A stretch of DNA of 64,000 nt, from positions 124,001 through 188,000 of the IMG/VR virus record IMGVR_UViG_3300024308_000018. One strand, given 5' to 3'. The position numbers and the translations under genes were made by a program. This document shows, piece by piece, positions 8,196 to 17,801 of the stretch. Numbering within the stretch: the first letter of the stretch is position 1; every line of letters begins with the position of its first letter. The notes under the pieces are model-generated. The model did no database searches and was not told the DNA's origin. It saw only the letters and a program-made list of their open reading frames with translations.

Positions 8196-10228
8196 GCAAA
8201 GCGCCAGTAAAGACGCGCGTCGCCAAAGCCGTGAGCAAGGCCAGTACGCAAGAGGCCAAAGACTTTCAGATCAAGGAAGGCGTCGCGGGCATTCAGGCTA
8301 AGCCGACAATGTACCTTGGCGAACTCGGCCCGCAGATGGCTTACCGCTGCGTCAAGGAAGAAGTGGACAACGCGTTAGATGAAGCGTTGGCCGGACGTAA
8401 CAAGTGGATCGAAGTCTACTACGATTACGACGAGTCGATCACAATCGTGGCGGACAAGGCTGGTGGTATCCCAGTCGAAATGAAAACGCGTGAGAACGGT
8501 GACAAGATTTCGATCCTCACCGCTGCATTCACTATCACGCACGCGGGCGGCAAGTTCGAAGACAGCGCCTACAAAGTTTCGACAGGTACACACGGCGTCG
8601 GTGTCACTGCGGTGAACGCCGTCAGTGAATGGCTGGAAGTGTGGAGTAAGCGCAAGGGCAAAATCTATCACCAGCGCTTTGAGCTGGGCCGACCCGTGAA
8701 ACCGGATCCGGTAGTGGTCGCCAGTCTCCCGAAAAACGTTGCTGCGTTGCTGACGTCGAAGGACTACGGCACTGTGGTAATGAACAAGTTGAATCAGTCC
8801 ATCGTCAGCGAAGACGCGTCGAAGGGCAAGCTGCCGAAAAACTTCCGGCCCGCCAATCCCGAGTACAAGCAACTCGGCAACTGGCTGAAGTCGATCTCGG
8901 ATCTGAACCCCGGCCTGAACATCGTGCTCACTGCGAAGAAGGGCGCGAAGTCGAAGACCGTCAGCTTCCTGAACAAGCTGAGTCACGCGGAATTCCTCAA
9001 GCAACACGTCGCCGACATTCTGGGCGAAGAGGAAGACGCGAAGTTCAAGCCGTTCATCTTGCAGACCGACTACGTGACGGCGCTTCTGCAATGGACAACG
9101 CTGCCCAACGTGCAACTGCGTTCCTCTGCGAACAACTCGCCGACCGCGAACGGTGGTACTCACGTCCGTGGTTTGATCGACGCGCTGGTCGAGGCCGTCA
9201 AGCCTTACGAAAACAGCAAGCACTTAGACAAGAAGAAACGCAAGTACGCGTCTGAGGATCTGCTGTTCGGTCTGGTCGGCTTCTTCGACTGGCGGATGCA
9301 CGGCGCTGCATTCGACTCGCAAGTCAAAGACAAGCTGGTATCCAAAGTCCAGAACGAAGTCAAAGACGCGGTACTGCCTGAGCTGGTCAAACACTTCGCT
9401 GCCAACAAAGCGCTGCCCAAGTTCATCTTGGATCGTGCGGTGCAGGTAGAGACCGGACGTCTCGCAATGTCCAAGTCGTTGTCTGCGATGGCCGACGCCA
9501 AGCGCGCAACCAAGGGCGGGGCACTGCCGCAATGTCTGGATGCAGCAAGCACCAAGGACAACACCCTGCGCGAACTCTTCTTGGTGGAAGGGGACTCGGC
9601 GGGCGGTACTGCGAAGAACGCGCGCAACCCGGTCACGCAAGAAGTGTTCAAGGCGAGCGGTAAACCAGCCAACGCGCTGAACGCTCCGCTGGACAAAGTG
9701 ATCGGTAACCCCGTGGTCGGCAACTTCCTGATCTCGCTCGGCGTTGACTTCAAAGCATTCGATGCCCAAGTGAAAGCACGTGTGCCGAACCCGACATTCC
9801 CAGTGGACAAGCTGCGCGTCCAGCGCATCTACTTCCTCGCGGACGCGGACGTCGACGGCTATCACATCAACAGTCTGTTCCTCGCGATCATCTGGAAGCT
9901 GCTGCCTGACCTGCTCTATCAGGGCCGCGTCTATGTTGTGGACGCTCCGCTGTATAACGTCATGCACAAGAAGAAGCATTACGGTGGTGCCACCAAACAA
10001 GAACTGTTGCAGAACGCGCCATCTACTGTGAAGCCGTCTGACGTTACGCGCGCCAAAGGTTGGGGTGAAGTGTCGCCCGAGATCATGGAAGCCATCGCGT
10101 TCGACCCGTCTATCCGTCGCGTTATTCGCATTCAGCCGTTCGCCAAGCAGGAAAGTTTGGCGTGGTACAATCGAGTGCTCGGGGACGACGCCAGCGCACG
10201 CCGCCAACTGCTCGGCCTGTCCAGCTAA
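8192..10228 (+). CDS. gyrB: type IIA DNA topoisomerase subunit B (GyrB/ParE-like)
   Basis: GHKL motifs EEVDNALDE, HAGGKF, GTHGVGVTAVNA; TOPRIM motifs LVEGDSAGG, DADVDG, KGWGE. Confidence 0.95.
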   Translation: MSKAPVKTRVAKAVSKASTQEAKDFQIKEGVAGIQAKPTMYLGELGPQMAYRCVKEEVDNALDEALAGRNKWIEVYYDYDESITIVADKAGGIPVEMKTRENGDKISILTAAFTITHAGGKFEDSAYKVSTGTHGVGVTAVNAVSEWLEVWSKRKGKIYHQRFELGRPVKPDPVVVASLPKNVAALLTSKDYGTVVMNKLNQSIVSEDASKGKLPKNFRPANPEYKQLGNWLKSISDLNPGLNIVLTAKKGAKSKTVSFLNKLSHAEFLKQHVADILGEEEDAKFKPFILQTDYVTALLQWTTLPNVQLRSSANNSPTANGGTHVRGLIDALVEAVKPYENSKHLDKKKRKYASEDLLFGLVGFFDWRMHGAAFDSQVKDKLVSKVQNEVKDAVLPELVKHFAANKALPKFILDRAVQVETGRLAMSKSLSAMADAKRATKGGALPQCLDAASTKDNTLRELFLVEGDSAGGTAKNARNPVTQEVFKASGKPANALNAPLDKVIGNPVVGNFLISLGVDFKAFDAQVKARVPNPTFPVDKLRVQRIYFLADADVDGYHINSLFLAIIWKLLPDLLYQGRVYVVDAPLYNVMHKKKHYGGATKQELLQNAPSTVKPSDVTRAKGWGEVSPEIMEAIAFDPSIRRVIRIQPFAKQESLAWYNRVLGDDASARRQLLGLSS

Positions 10229-10237
10229 GGAACATGT

Positions 10238-11911
10238 ATGACAACTAAGAGAGTGGTGCGCCGACCCAAGGCCACCAAAGCTGCGAAGTCGACAGCGACC
10301 GAGATAGAATCCGGCACGCTGGTGAAAAAGCGCAAGCCTCTGCGAGCCAAGGCCACGGCAGCAACAGGCGAGCGCGAGGTCGGCACCGAAGCCCAGCTGA
10401 AGATGTCGCTGACTCCGACCGTCGACACGTACATCGAAGACAAGGAACTGCATGAATACACCGACCGCGCACTGTTCGAGTACGGTTCGTATGTCGTGCA
10501 AGACCGTGCGGTTCCCGAACTGCGCGATGGCCTGAAGCCGTCACACCGCGCGATGTTGTGGTCGGCCGTTGAACTTGGCCTGAGCCCCAGCGGTAGCTTT
10601 GCGAAGTCAGCCAAGGTTGTCGGCCATGCAATCGGTTCGTATCACCCGCACGGTGACGTCGCGTGTTATGATGCGGGTGTGTCTATCGCAAACTTCAACC
10701 CGCCTCTGCTGTGGGGCTCCGGTAACTTCGGCTCCCCAGTTGACGCACCCGCCGCGATGCGTTATTCGGAAATGAAGTTGTCACGCTTCAGCCAACTGTT
10801 CATGGCTGACAGCGGATACCTCAAGGCCGTGCCGTATCACCAGAACTTTTCTGAGGATAAGAAGTGGCCCGTCTACATGCCTGCGCTGCTGCCTATGCTG
10901 CTGCTCGCTGGCAACCCGACGATTCCGGCCTACGGTGTACGCTCCGGTAACCCCAGCTTTGAACTTGCTGGCGTTGCCCAGCTGACAATCGCGGCGTTGC
11001 GTGGTCGCAAGATCACAGCCAACGACATGATCAAGCGGCTGGTGGTGCAGCACCCCTACGGCGCTGTATGTGTTGCCGACGACGAGCAATTCGAGACCCT
11101 TATCTCGACCGGACGCGGCTCACTGCCGTTCCATCCGCAGATGATGGCCGACTACAAGCGCAAGCTGATCGTGTTGCAGAGCTACAGCCCACAAGTGTTG
11201 TCGAATGCCGTGTCCGTCGAGAAGACGATTCGTGCAATCGCCGACATGAAGGGCGTGTCGCAAGTGATGTCGTCCGGCGGCAAGAAGAACCCCGACGCGG
11301 GCACCTATGGTTGCGCCATCGCAATCACTGTTGGCCGTGGCGTTGGGGAAGACGAGTTCTACACTCTGGTGCAAGCTATCCGCAAGCGCCTGACCAAGAA
11401 CGAGTCGTACCAGCTCGGCGTCACGATACGCAAGCTGGGGGAGAAGTCGAAGTTCAGCCACTGCGACTTCCCTGCGTTCATCAACAACTGGGCCAAGTAT
11501 CGGATCTCGTTGGAGGTGGACTACCTGAACTACTTCAAGCAGCAAGCGCTCGACGCGCTCCACGTTGTGAACGGTAAACTTGTGGTTGTCGCAACCAAGG
11601 ATTCCCTTGACCGCGCTATTCACATCATCCGCACCGCGAAGGATCCGAAAGCCGCGCTGATGAAAGAGTTCAAGTTGGATGAAGTCCAAGTCGAAGCCAT
11701 CCTGAGCATGCAGCTCCGGTCGCTTGCAAAGTTGGTGCTCGACGAGCTGAAGAATATCAAAGCCAAGCTGGTCGCGGAGATCAAGGACTACGACCGTCGC
11801 CTGAAAGAACCCGGCCAGTCAGCCGCCGTGGACTTGAAGGAGCGACTGAAGAAGTACCTTGCCAAGCCAGACATGACTGTAAGCGGATTGCCTGTCTACA
11901 CGAAGGAATAA
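10238..11911 (+). CDS. gyrA: type IIA DNA topoisomerase subunit A (GyrA/ParC-like), no C-terminal pinwheel
   Basis: RAVPELRDGLKP, YHPHGD and catalytic AAMRY motifs; only 557 aa. Confidence 0.95.
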   Translation: MTTKRVVRRPKATKAAKSTATEIESGTLVKKRKPLRAKATAATGEREVGTEAQLKMSLTPTVDTYIEDKELHEYTDRALFEYGSYVVQDRAVPELRDGLKPSHRAMLWSAVELGLSPSGSFAKSAKVVGHAIGSYHPHGDVACYDAGVSIANFNPPLLWGSGNFGSPVDAPAAMRYSEMKLSRFSQLFMADSGYLKAVPYHQNFSEDKKWPVYMPALLPMLLLAGNPTIPAYGVRSGNPSFELAGVAQLTIAALRGRKITANDMIKRLVVQHPYGAVCVADDEQFETLISTGRGSLPFHPQMMADYKRKLIVLQSYSPQVLSNAVSVEKTIRAIADMKGVSQVMSSGGKKNPDAGTYGCAIAITVGRGVGEDEFYTLVQAIRKRLTKNESYQLGVTIRKLGEKSKFSHCDFPAFINNWAKYRISLEVDYLNYFKQQALDALHVVNGKLVVVATKDSLDRAIHIIRTAKDPKAALMKEFKLDEVQVEAILSMQLRSLAKLVLDELKNIKAKLVAEIKDYDRRLKEPGQSAAVDLKERLKKYLAKPDMTVSGLPVYTKE

Positions 11912-11956
11912 AATCTGTAAACAGTAGTTTGAGAGGGTGGAGTTATTCACCCTCTC
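11911..11956 (+). promoter_or_regulatory. promoter-like box plus 11-bp hairpin
   Basis: AAATCTGTAAACAGTAGTTT then GAGAGGGTGGA-GTTA-TTCACCCTCTC. Confidence 0.6.
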
Positions 11957-12045
11957 CCTTCTCGTCTCGGGATACTAATTTCGTATTCCCCTGACGCCGC
12001 CCACTTGGGCACTACGTGTAACCACGTCCATAAAGGAAAGACCCG

Positions 12046-13470
12046 ATGTCTCTATCGCTGATGCAGAAGAACCTGACTCATGCTCACCAAGTCCTGAGCA
12101 ACGGTCTGGTGTCTCTGCGCACCTCGAACAAACCCAGCCAGATCGCCCTGACAATCAACGGGGCCACTGCTGCGGCCACCGCTGATTTGCGGGCAGCGCC
12201 GAAGCAGTCTGTTGCAGTGATTACCGACCTTGCGGACGCGCGTGCTGTGCTCGACACAGTGAACAAGCGCCTGACCAGCCTCGCCAAAGTTGTGGCTGCT
12301 CGCAAGATTGCATTCGCTGACTATCGCAAAGAATGCAACTCACTCTCCGCCATGTTGGAAGGTGTCGAGTTGCAGCTGACCAACGCGCGCAACCTCATTG
12401 TCAAAGCTGAGACCGTGCGTGATGGAACAGCACCCGCCGAATCGATCACAACACCTGCATTCCTTGCTGCCCTGATCTCGACCGACTCCAAGGTTGAAAT
12501 CAAAGAGCTGACCAAGCGCTGGTTCGCTGGCCTGCCCCGCTCTGAGGCCGACCAGTATGCCCGCCGTCGCGGCCCGCTCGTTGACCAGCTGCTGTCCTAC
12601 ACGGATTCCGCCACGGCTCGCCTCGTACTGGAAACCGTCAGCGGCGCTCTGCTCAACACCGCCGACGACGCGGCCAAGCGCCAAGACACTGAAAGCGTCG
12701 TGCGTGCCACCCAAGCCGTGGAACTCACCCGCAAGCTCGAACGCGAATATGGCCCGAAGCTGAGTGCCCTGAACATCCGCCCCAACGGCATCAAGATGAT
12801 CAGCCTGCCCCTGCGCGTGACGTTCGCCCATCGCAGCATTCGCCCAGACACGCTGGCGAAGAACGGCATGAAGGCCCAGCCCTTCTCCTACGAGAAATTC
12901 AACAACGGGACTTTCATCGTCGAAGACCAATCGCTGATCGTAATGCGCCGCTCTGACGCAGAAGCATTCCATCGCGAATCCCAAAATGAGGCGCGGCGTT
13001 CGAACAGCGACCTCAAGATGCTCAAGAACCTCAAAGCCAGCTTGAAGAAAGTTGACACCGAGATTGCTGAGTTGACTGCCGCCAGTACGCAGCAGAAGAG
13101 CCAACGCGCACGCGTTGCAATCGCTGACCAACTGGCTGACCTGCGCGCTCGTTCCGACGAGTTGCAGAAGTCCATTACTACGGTGCAAGAAGGTGCGGAG
13201 GCAGCCAAGAAGCTGATCTCCAACAAGCACAAGCAAGCAAAGAAATCCTCTGACGAGATGGTGCGCGCGTATGCGGATCACATTCTCGACCTAGCCAACT
13301 CGAAGCTCTCCGTGGAATACGCGAAAGTTTCGGGCAAGCTGCTGCACAAGGTCAAGAACGTCGACTACGTGTATATGTGGGTCGCACCCAAGCACTACGT
13401 CCGAGCACTGCACGCGCTCTCCGGTGGTAACGGGGATCTTGTGACCAGCTGGACGCTCGCTTGGGCGTAA
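12046..13470 (+). CDS. coiled-coil-rich hypothetical protein
   Basis: AAGGA RBS; long helical segments; no family recognised. Confidence 0.8.
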   Translation: MSLSLMQKNLTHAHQVLSNGLVSLRTSNKPSQIALTINGATAAATADLRAAPKQSVAVITDLADARAVLDTVNKRLTSLAKVVAARKIAFADYRKECNSLSAMLEGVELQLTNARNLIVKAETVRDGTAPAESITTPAFLAALISTDSKVEIKELTKRWFAGLPRSEADQYARRRGPLVDQLLSYTDSATARLVLETVSGALLNTADDAAKRQDTESVVRATQAVELTRKLEREYGPKLSALNIRPNGIKMISLPLRVTFAHRSIRPDTLAKNGMKAQPFSYEKFNNGTFIVEDQSLIVMRRSDAEAFHRESQNEARRSNSDLKMLKNLKASLKKVDTEIAELTAASTQQKSQRARVAIADQLADLRARSDELQKSITTVQEGAEAAKKLISNKHKQAKKSSDEMVRAYADHILDLANSKLSVEYAKVSGKLLHKVKNVDYVYMWVAPKHYVRALHALSGGNGDLVTSWTLAWA

Positions 13471-13474
13471 CCAC

Positions 13475-13999
13475 GTGTCTGATCTGAAGGCAGCCGCCAT
13501 TACGAATGGTGCTCATACGCAGTGCTATATCTGTGAGCATTACTTCGCATCGATCCACTGGCACCACACTGTGCCGAGATCGTTGGGCGGCCACGCCGAA
13601 CTTCAGATACCGCTCTGTGGCTCATGCCACACAGCACTGCACGCAAAGGCTAGTGCAGTGTTCGCTATCGTTAGAGGAACGGGCAAGAAGAAGGTAGTCG
13701 GGAGTTACTGGGCCAGAGTATCGGACGAACAAAGAGCCGAGCGATGGTTACGGGTATTAGTTGGCGCTATGCTATTCCCTCCAGTCGAGCGCGAGGATAA
13801 AACGACCGTGCTACCTGCCTTGACCGTAGACCCATATCGTCGATACGTGCTTGAAGTGATCAAGCAGGATGCGAATCTGAAAAGCATATCACAGGCTTTG
13901 CTTTTCTGTATCGACTATACCGCATCGAGTAAAGGACTTAACAATAATGAAAAAGAAAACAAAACAAGGAAATCAGGGAATAACCGTAAGCTGTGGTGA
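13475..13999 (+). CDS. HNH-fold protein
   Basis: CYIC...HWHHTVPRSLGG...IPLCGSCH motif. Confidence 0.8.
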   Translation: MSDLKAAAITNGAHTQCYICEHYFASIHWHHTVPRSLGGHAELQIPLCGSCHTALHAKASAVFAIVRGTGKKKVVGSYWARVSDEQRAERWLRVLVGAMLFPPVEREDKTTVLPALTVDPYRRYVLEVIKQDANLKSISQALLFCIDYTASSKGLNNNEKENKTRKSGNNRKLW

Positions 14000-14834
14000 C
14001 TGCGAGGGATTATCGCGGCGCGCACTGCACCCGGTTGGCGACGACGGGAAGGCTGCCAAGGTCTGCTCCCAAACGGGAACGTTGCCGGAAACCAAGCCCT
14101 GTGCTCGGTTCCGCCCTGACGTGTTTTCTTTGGATACGGACGCGCGTGTTGCTTTGCGTCAGCTGTCCAATCTCATAAAGAAGTTCGATCCACGTGACCT
14201 ACGTATTGTGGCAGCAACCCTGATGAACGAGCACAAGACTCGCAATCACGGGCTGCGCTTTGGACAGCGGATGTTCGTTCGCTATCGCTCCTACGTTGGC
14301 CGTGACTACACCAGCAACTTCATGGCTTGCACCGTGATGGATGCTGGTGATGGCGTAGTGCGCCTGATGTCCAGTGATGGGCAGACGGCACTGACCTTCG
14401 ACCTGCCAGCGTCCGGCACGTTCGATGGCCCTGTGCTGTACGATGCTCCGTCTTTCAGACCTCTACTGAAGAAGATGAAACGGGATAAGAAATTCTTCGA
14501 CCCTCAGAACGAGACCAGTCGTCGCCTTGCTCCTGAAGAGCCAGTGACGTACAAGGTACGCAAGGAAGAACTGGGGGCAGTCATTCTCGATATTGAAGAC
14601 GCGTTGCGATCCAAACCGAAGCGCAAACGTGGAGCACAGGGCGACCGCAATCTGGTTGACCTGCGTGACATGGTAGACAAGTTGGAGCGAGGTGAATTCC
14701 TCGGCCGCGTTGGTGACGAGTTCACTGACGACGATGTTCAAGTGCTTGGCGATTCCGCTTACCGTAAAGGCAAGAAAAAGAAACGCCCCGTCCGCCGCTC
14801 TAGCGGTGAACTCGAACTGTCCTCCCTTGTCTAA
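13947..14834 (+). CDS. Cys-rich (Zn-finger-like) hypothetical protein with C-terminal GELELSSLV
   Basis: CGDC..C..C N-terminus; K/R-rich tail. Confidence 0.75.
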   Translation: MKKKTKQGNQGITVSCGDCEGLSRRALHPVGDDGKAAKVCSQTGTLPETKPCARFRPDVFSLDTDARVALRQLSNLIKKFDPRDLRIVAATLMNEHKTRNHGLRFGQRMFVRYRSYVGRDYTSNFMACTVMDAGDGVVRLMSSDGQTALTFDLPASGTFDGPVLYDAPSFRPLLKKMKRDKKFFDPQNETSRRLAPEEPVTYKVRKEELGAVILDIEDALRSKPKRKRGAQGDRNLVDLRDMVDKLERGEFLGRVGDEFTDDDVQVLGDSAYRKGKKKKRPVRRSSGELELSSLV

Positions 14835-14857
14835 CTTCAATCTTGAGAGCCTACACA

Positions 14858-15973
14858 ATGCGTAACGACCTGCACACTTTGATCGCCGCCAACGAACTCG
14901 ACGTCAACTCTCCGATTTTCGAAGAGGTGATTCTCTACCTACTGCGAGCCTACGGCAACCCGATCAAGGTGTACCATCAACGTTTTGCGAAAGCCTGCTC
15001 GTTCCATAGTGAACTGACTCCGGCGCGTTTCCGTACTGAACTGCACGACACTGAATACGTTGGTGTCGCGCTGAAATTCTTTGCCGGGTACGCGGCCCTC
15101 AAGTACGGCAAGGTGACTAACCGCCACCTTGTCGCGACTGCCCCCAAGTACGGCGTCAGCAAGTGCGACGCCAAGCGCGTGATTGCGATGTTCGGCCAGC
15201 GTCAGTACCTCAATGCGGTTCGCTCCCGCTTGACTGCTGAAGGCTTCACAGCCGAAAGCCTCGACCTCAATGCGTACCGTGATGCACTGCAACTCGGACA
15301 CACTGTTATCGTTGGCCTCACCGACTCCATCGCCAAGCACGTGAACCGCAACCTGCGCTGGGTGGCGAAAGCCCACAACTGCCGGACTGCGGATCTGAAC
15401 ACTGAGATCACGGCGCAAGTGATCTCTGTCTACTACGGCATGCTGCCGACACACAAGAGTGACGACCACGTGCAGAACTATCTGTGCAGCGCCCTGCATA
15501 GCCGCATCAAGAACCTCGCCAACTACCACTCCGCTGAGAAGCGCAAGCGGCAGGTGAAGGTGACTGAGAACGGCGAAGTGCGGTACAGCCTGATTGAGGC
15601 GAGCGAATCGCACCTCAACAAGTTCAGCTCTGGCAGTGACTCCGCTGTGTCTATCGAAGAGATGGGAGGATGCGACGATTCGCTTGAGCTTCACAATTTC
15701 GAATTCACACGCTCGGTCGATTCGCTGTTCAAGATCGCGAAGTGCAAACCCAAACGCTTTGCCCTCTACAGCGTATTGCTCGGTCGGAATGTTCCGGCCT
15801 TCGCAGAGTTCCTGCGACAAAAACGACTGCTCCGCTCTGAAACCAAAACAGTGCGCGAGTGGTTGATTGATAAGCCTGTGGCATATCTGGCTGATGTCCT
15901 CGGTAAATGGCTCGGGGTCTCCCCCGCCCACGTCCAGAAGGGCATGACTGAAATGGCGATGATTCTCCTATGA
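14858..15973 (+). CDS. putative divergent phage RNA polymerase sigma factor
   Basis: Region-2-like IAKHVNRNLRWVAK..ADLNTEI..NYLCSALHSRIKNLANYHSAEKRK; C-terminal HTH-like VLGKWLGVSPAHVQK. Confidence 0.55.
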   Translation: MRNDLHTLIAANELDVNSPIFEEVILYLLRAYGNPIKVYHQRFAKACSFHSELTPARFRTELHDTEYVGVALKFFAGYAALKYGKVTNRHLVATAPKYGVSKCDAKRVIAMFGQRQYLNAVRSRLTAEGFTAESLDLNAYRDALQLGHTVIVGLTDSIAKHVNRNLRWVAKAHNCRTADLNTEITAQVISVYYGMLPTHKSDDHVQNYLCSALHSRIKNLANYHSAEKRKRQVKVTENGEVRYSLIEASESHLNKFSSGSDSAVSIEEMGGCDDSLELHNFEFTRSVDSLFKIAKCKPKRFALYSVLLGRNVPAFAEFLRQKRLLRSETKTVREWLIDKPVAYLADVLGKWLGVSPAHVQKGMTEMAMILL

Positions 15974-16311
15974 TGAATGAAGCAATTATTTTCTCGTTCT
16001 TTCGTAACGCTCAGACGCCTGACTATCGGCGTCTCGTAATCGCAACTGCGATTGCCGAACTGTCCACCTTGCAAGACCCTGTTAGCATGGGCAAGTTGTT
16101 GAACCGTCTTCAGAAGCAACATGCGTTTACGCCTGACGCCTGTGAGGACGCCATTGCCGCATTACGATCCGTAGCTGGGTTCAATGCGCTGACCGTGTGG
16201 AACGCGAGCAAAACCCAACTGATGCGCCTGAAGGCCAGCCCCAAGCTCGATGCTTGGATGCAAGCCAACAGCGTGATCGTTGATGGGGTACGTCAAACGC
16301 TCGCAGCTTAG
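15970..16311 (+). CDS. hypothetical protein (possible winged helix)
   Basis: ATGA overlap with the upstream gene. Confidence 0.65.
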   Translation: MMNEAIIFSFFRNAQTPDYRRLVIATAIAELSTLQDPVSMGKLLNRLQKQHAFTPDACEDAIAALRSVAGFNALTVWNASKTQLMRLKASPKLDAWMQANSVIVDGVRQTLAA

Positions 16312-16319
16312 GTGGATCG

Positions 16320-17801
16320 ATGGAGCTACACTCACTAAACCTTGAGCTGCGCGCGCTGCGCAGCTTAACCGATGTCAAAGTCGACAAGCACTACCGCTTG
16401 TCTCTGCTCGGGCGACTCAATGCCAAACACTTCGGTGTGGATCCGACACGCAATGCCTTTGTGCGTTTGCAGCGTCTGGCCCGAGAAGACGGCGAGCTGC
16501 CTGACTGGGAAGCACTGTGTGAAGACCCCAGACTGAACGAAGAGGCGCGCGAGTTACTGCGTGACGAGGACGGCGTTAAGCCCGTACTGAAGAAGCACTA
16601 CGACAAGTTCGCTAGGGCTATGGGCAAGTACAGCAAACGTCGCGCACTGCTCGCCATCTCTCGGATGATCAACGATGGGCTGAAGGAAAAGGAGAGTGAA
16701 GATTTTGACGAGGAAGATCTACACGCCCGCATAATCGAAGGCATGCAGAACATCGGTCGCGACGCAATCGCCGAAGCCAAGATCTACGGCTTTGGTGCTG
16801 GGCAACGCGGCTCTGGCCTGAAGCTGGCGAAGCAGGTGCTAGATGCTCCGAAAGAAAAGCTGTACCTGACGGGACTGACGGAATACGATCAGCGCAACTT
16901 CGGCCTGCCTACTACAGGCGTCGTGCTGCTGGCGGCCACAACCTCTGGCGGTAAGTCTGCCGTGTCCATGAACATCGGGCACGACATGGCTATGCTCAAC
17001 GGGATTGCCGTCAGCCGGATCACGTTGGAGATGACGGCAGAGCAAGAGACCAAGCGCTATATGTCGGCAATGTCCGGCGTCGAGTTCAACAAGATCAAGA
17101 ACGCGACCCTGACCCGTGCCGAGAAGCGCCGTATCTACAACGCCATGGAGAAGATTGACCGCGACTTGGAGAAAGCTGGCGGTGCGTTCAAGTACACCTC
17201 GCCCCCTCGCGGGATGACTATGGACGACGTGCTGTATATGACGGCAGCCAACAACGACCAAGTTACCATCATCGACTACATCGGCCTGCTCGAAGACATC
17301 GACACCAACAACCAAGCCGCAACCCTCAGTGAGGCTGTGCGTAAAGCCAAGATTCACGCCACTCAAAACCAGCGCCTCTACATCATCCTTGTTCAGCTCG
17401 ATAGTGAGAGCGGTAAAGTCCGTTACTCACGTGGTATGAACGAGCATGCGGACGTGCTGATTACGTGGAGCTACGTGGATGCGGAAGTGCGCGCCACCCA
17501 CGAACTGCCAATGGAAGTTGAGAAAGCGCGTGACGGCGAACTGTTTGGGTTCCTCGTTGCCGAAGACTTTGCGACCATGAGTGCGGGTGCCCGTGCAGCC
17601 AAGGCCCAAGCCAGTCGGGGCGACACGAACCGCGACGACATGCGGCGAGAGCGACCTGAAGCCAAAGACGACGATGCGCCTACCCCCAAGAAGAAAAAGC
17701 GCCCCGCCGGATCTGGTGACCGTGAACGCTTCAGCCGGAAACCCAAAGACAAGCCGAAGGCCCGTGGCTTTGGTGAATTGGAGTTGAGTTCAGTTGTTTA
17801 A
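16320..17801 (+). CDS. dnaB: DnaB-like replicative helicase
   Basis: Walker A AATTSGGKS; ITLEM; IIDYIGLL; ILVQL; EKARDG. Confidence 0.9.
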   Translation: MELHSLNLELRALRSLTDVKVDKHYRLSLLGRLNAKHFGVDPTRNAFVRLQRLAREDGELPDWEALCEDPRLNEEARELLRDEDGVKPVLKKHYDKFARAMGKYSKRRALLAISRMINDGLKEKESEDFDEEDLHARIIEGMQNIGRDAIAEAKIYGFGAGQRGSGLKLAKQVLDAPKEKLYLTGLTEYDQRNFGLPTTGVVLLAATTSGGKSAVSMNIGHDMAMLNGIAVSRITLEMTAEQETKRYMSAMSGVEFNKIKNATLTRAEKRRIYNAMEKIDRDLEKAGGAFKYTSPPRGMTMDDVLYMTAANNDQVTIIDYIGLLEDIDTNNQAATLSEAVRKAKIHATQNQRLYIILVQLDSESGKVRYSRGMNEHADVLITWSYVDAEVRATHELPMEVEKARDGELFGFLVAEDFATMSAGARAAKAQASRGDTNRDDMRRERPEAKDDDAPTPKKKKRPAGSGDRERFSRKPKDKPKARGFGELELSSVV

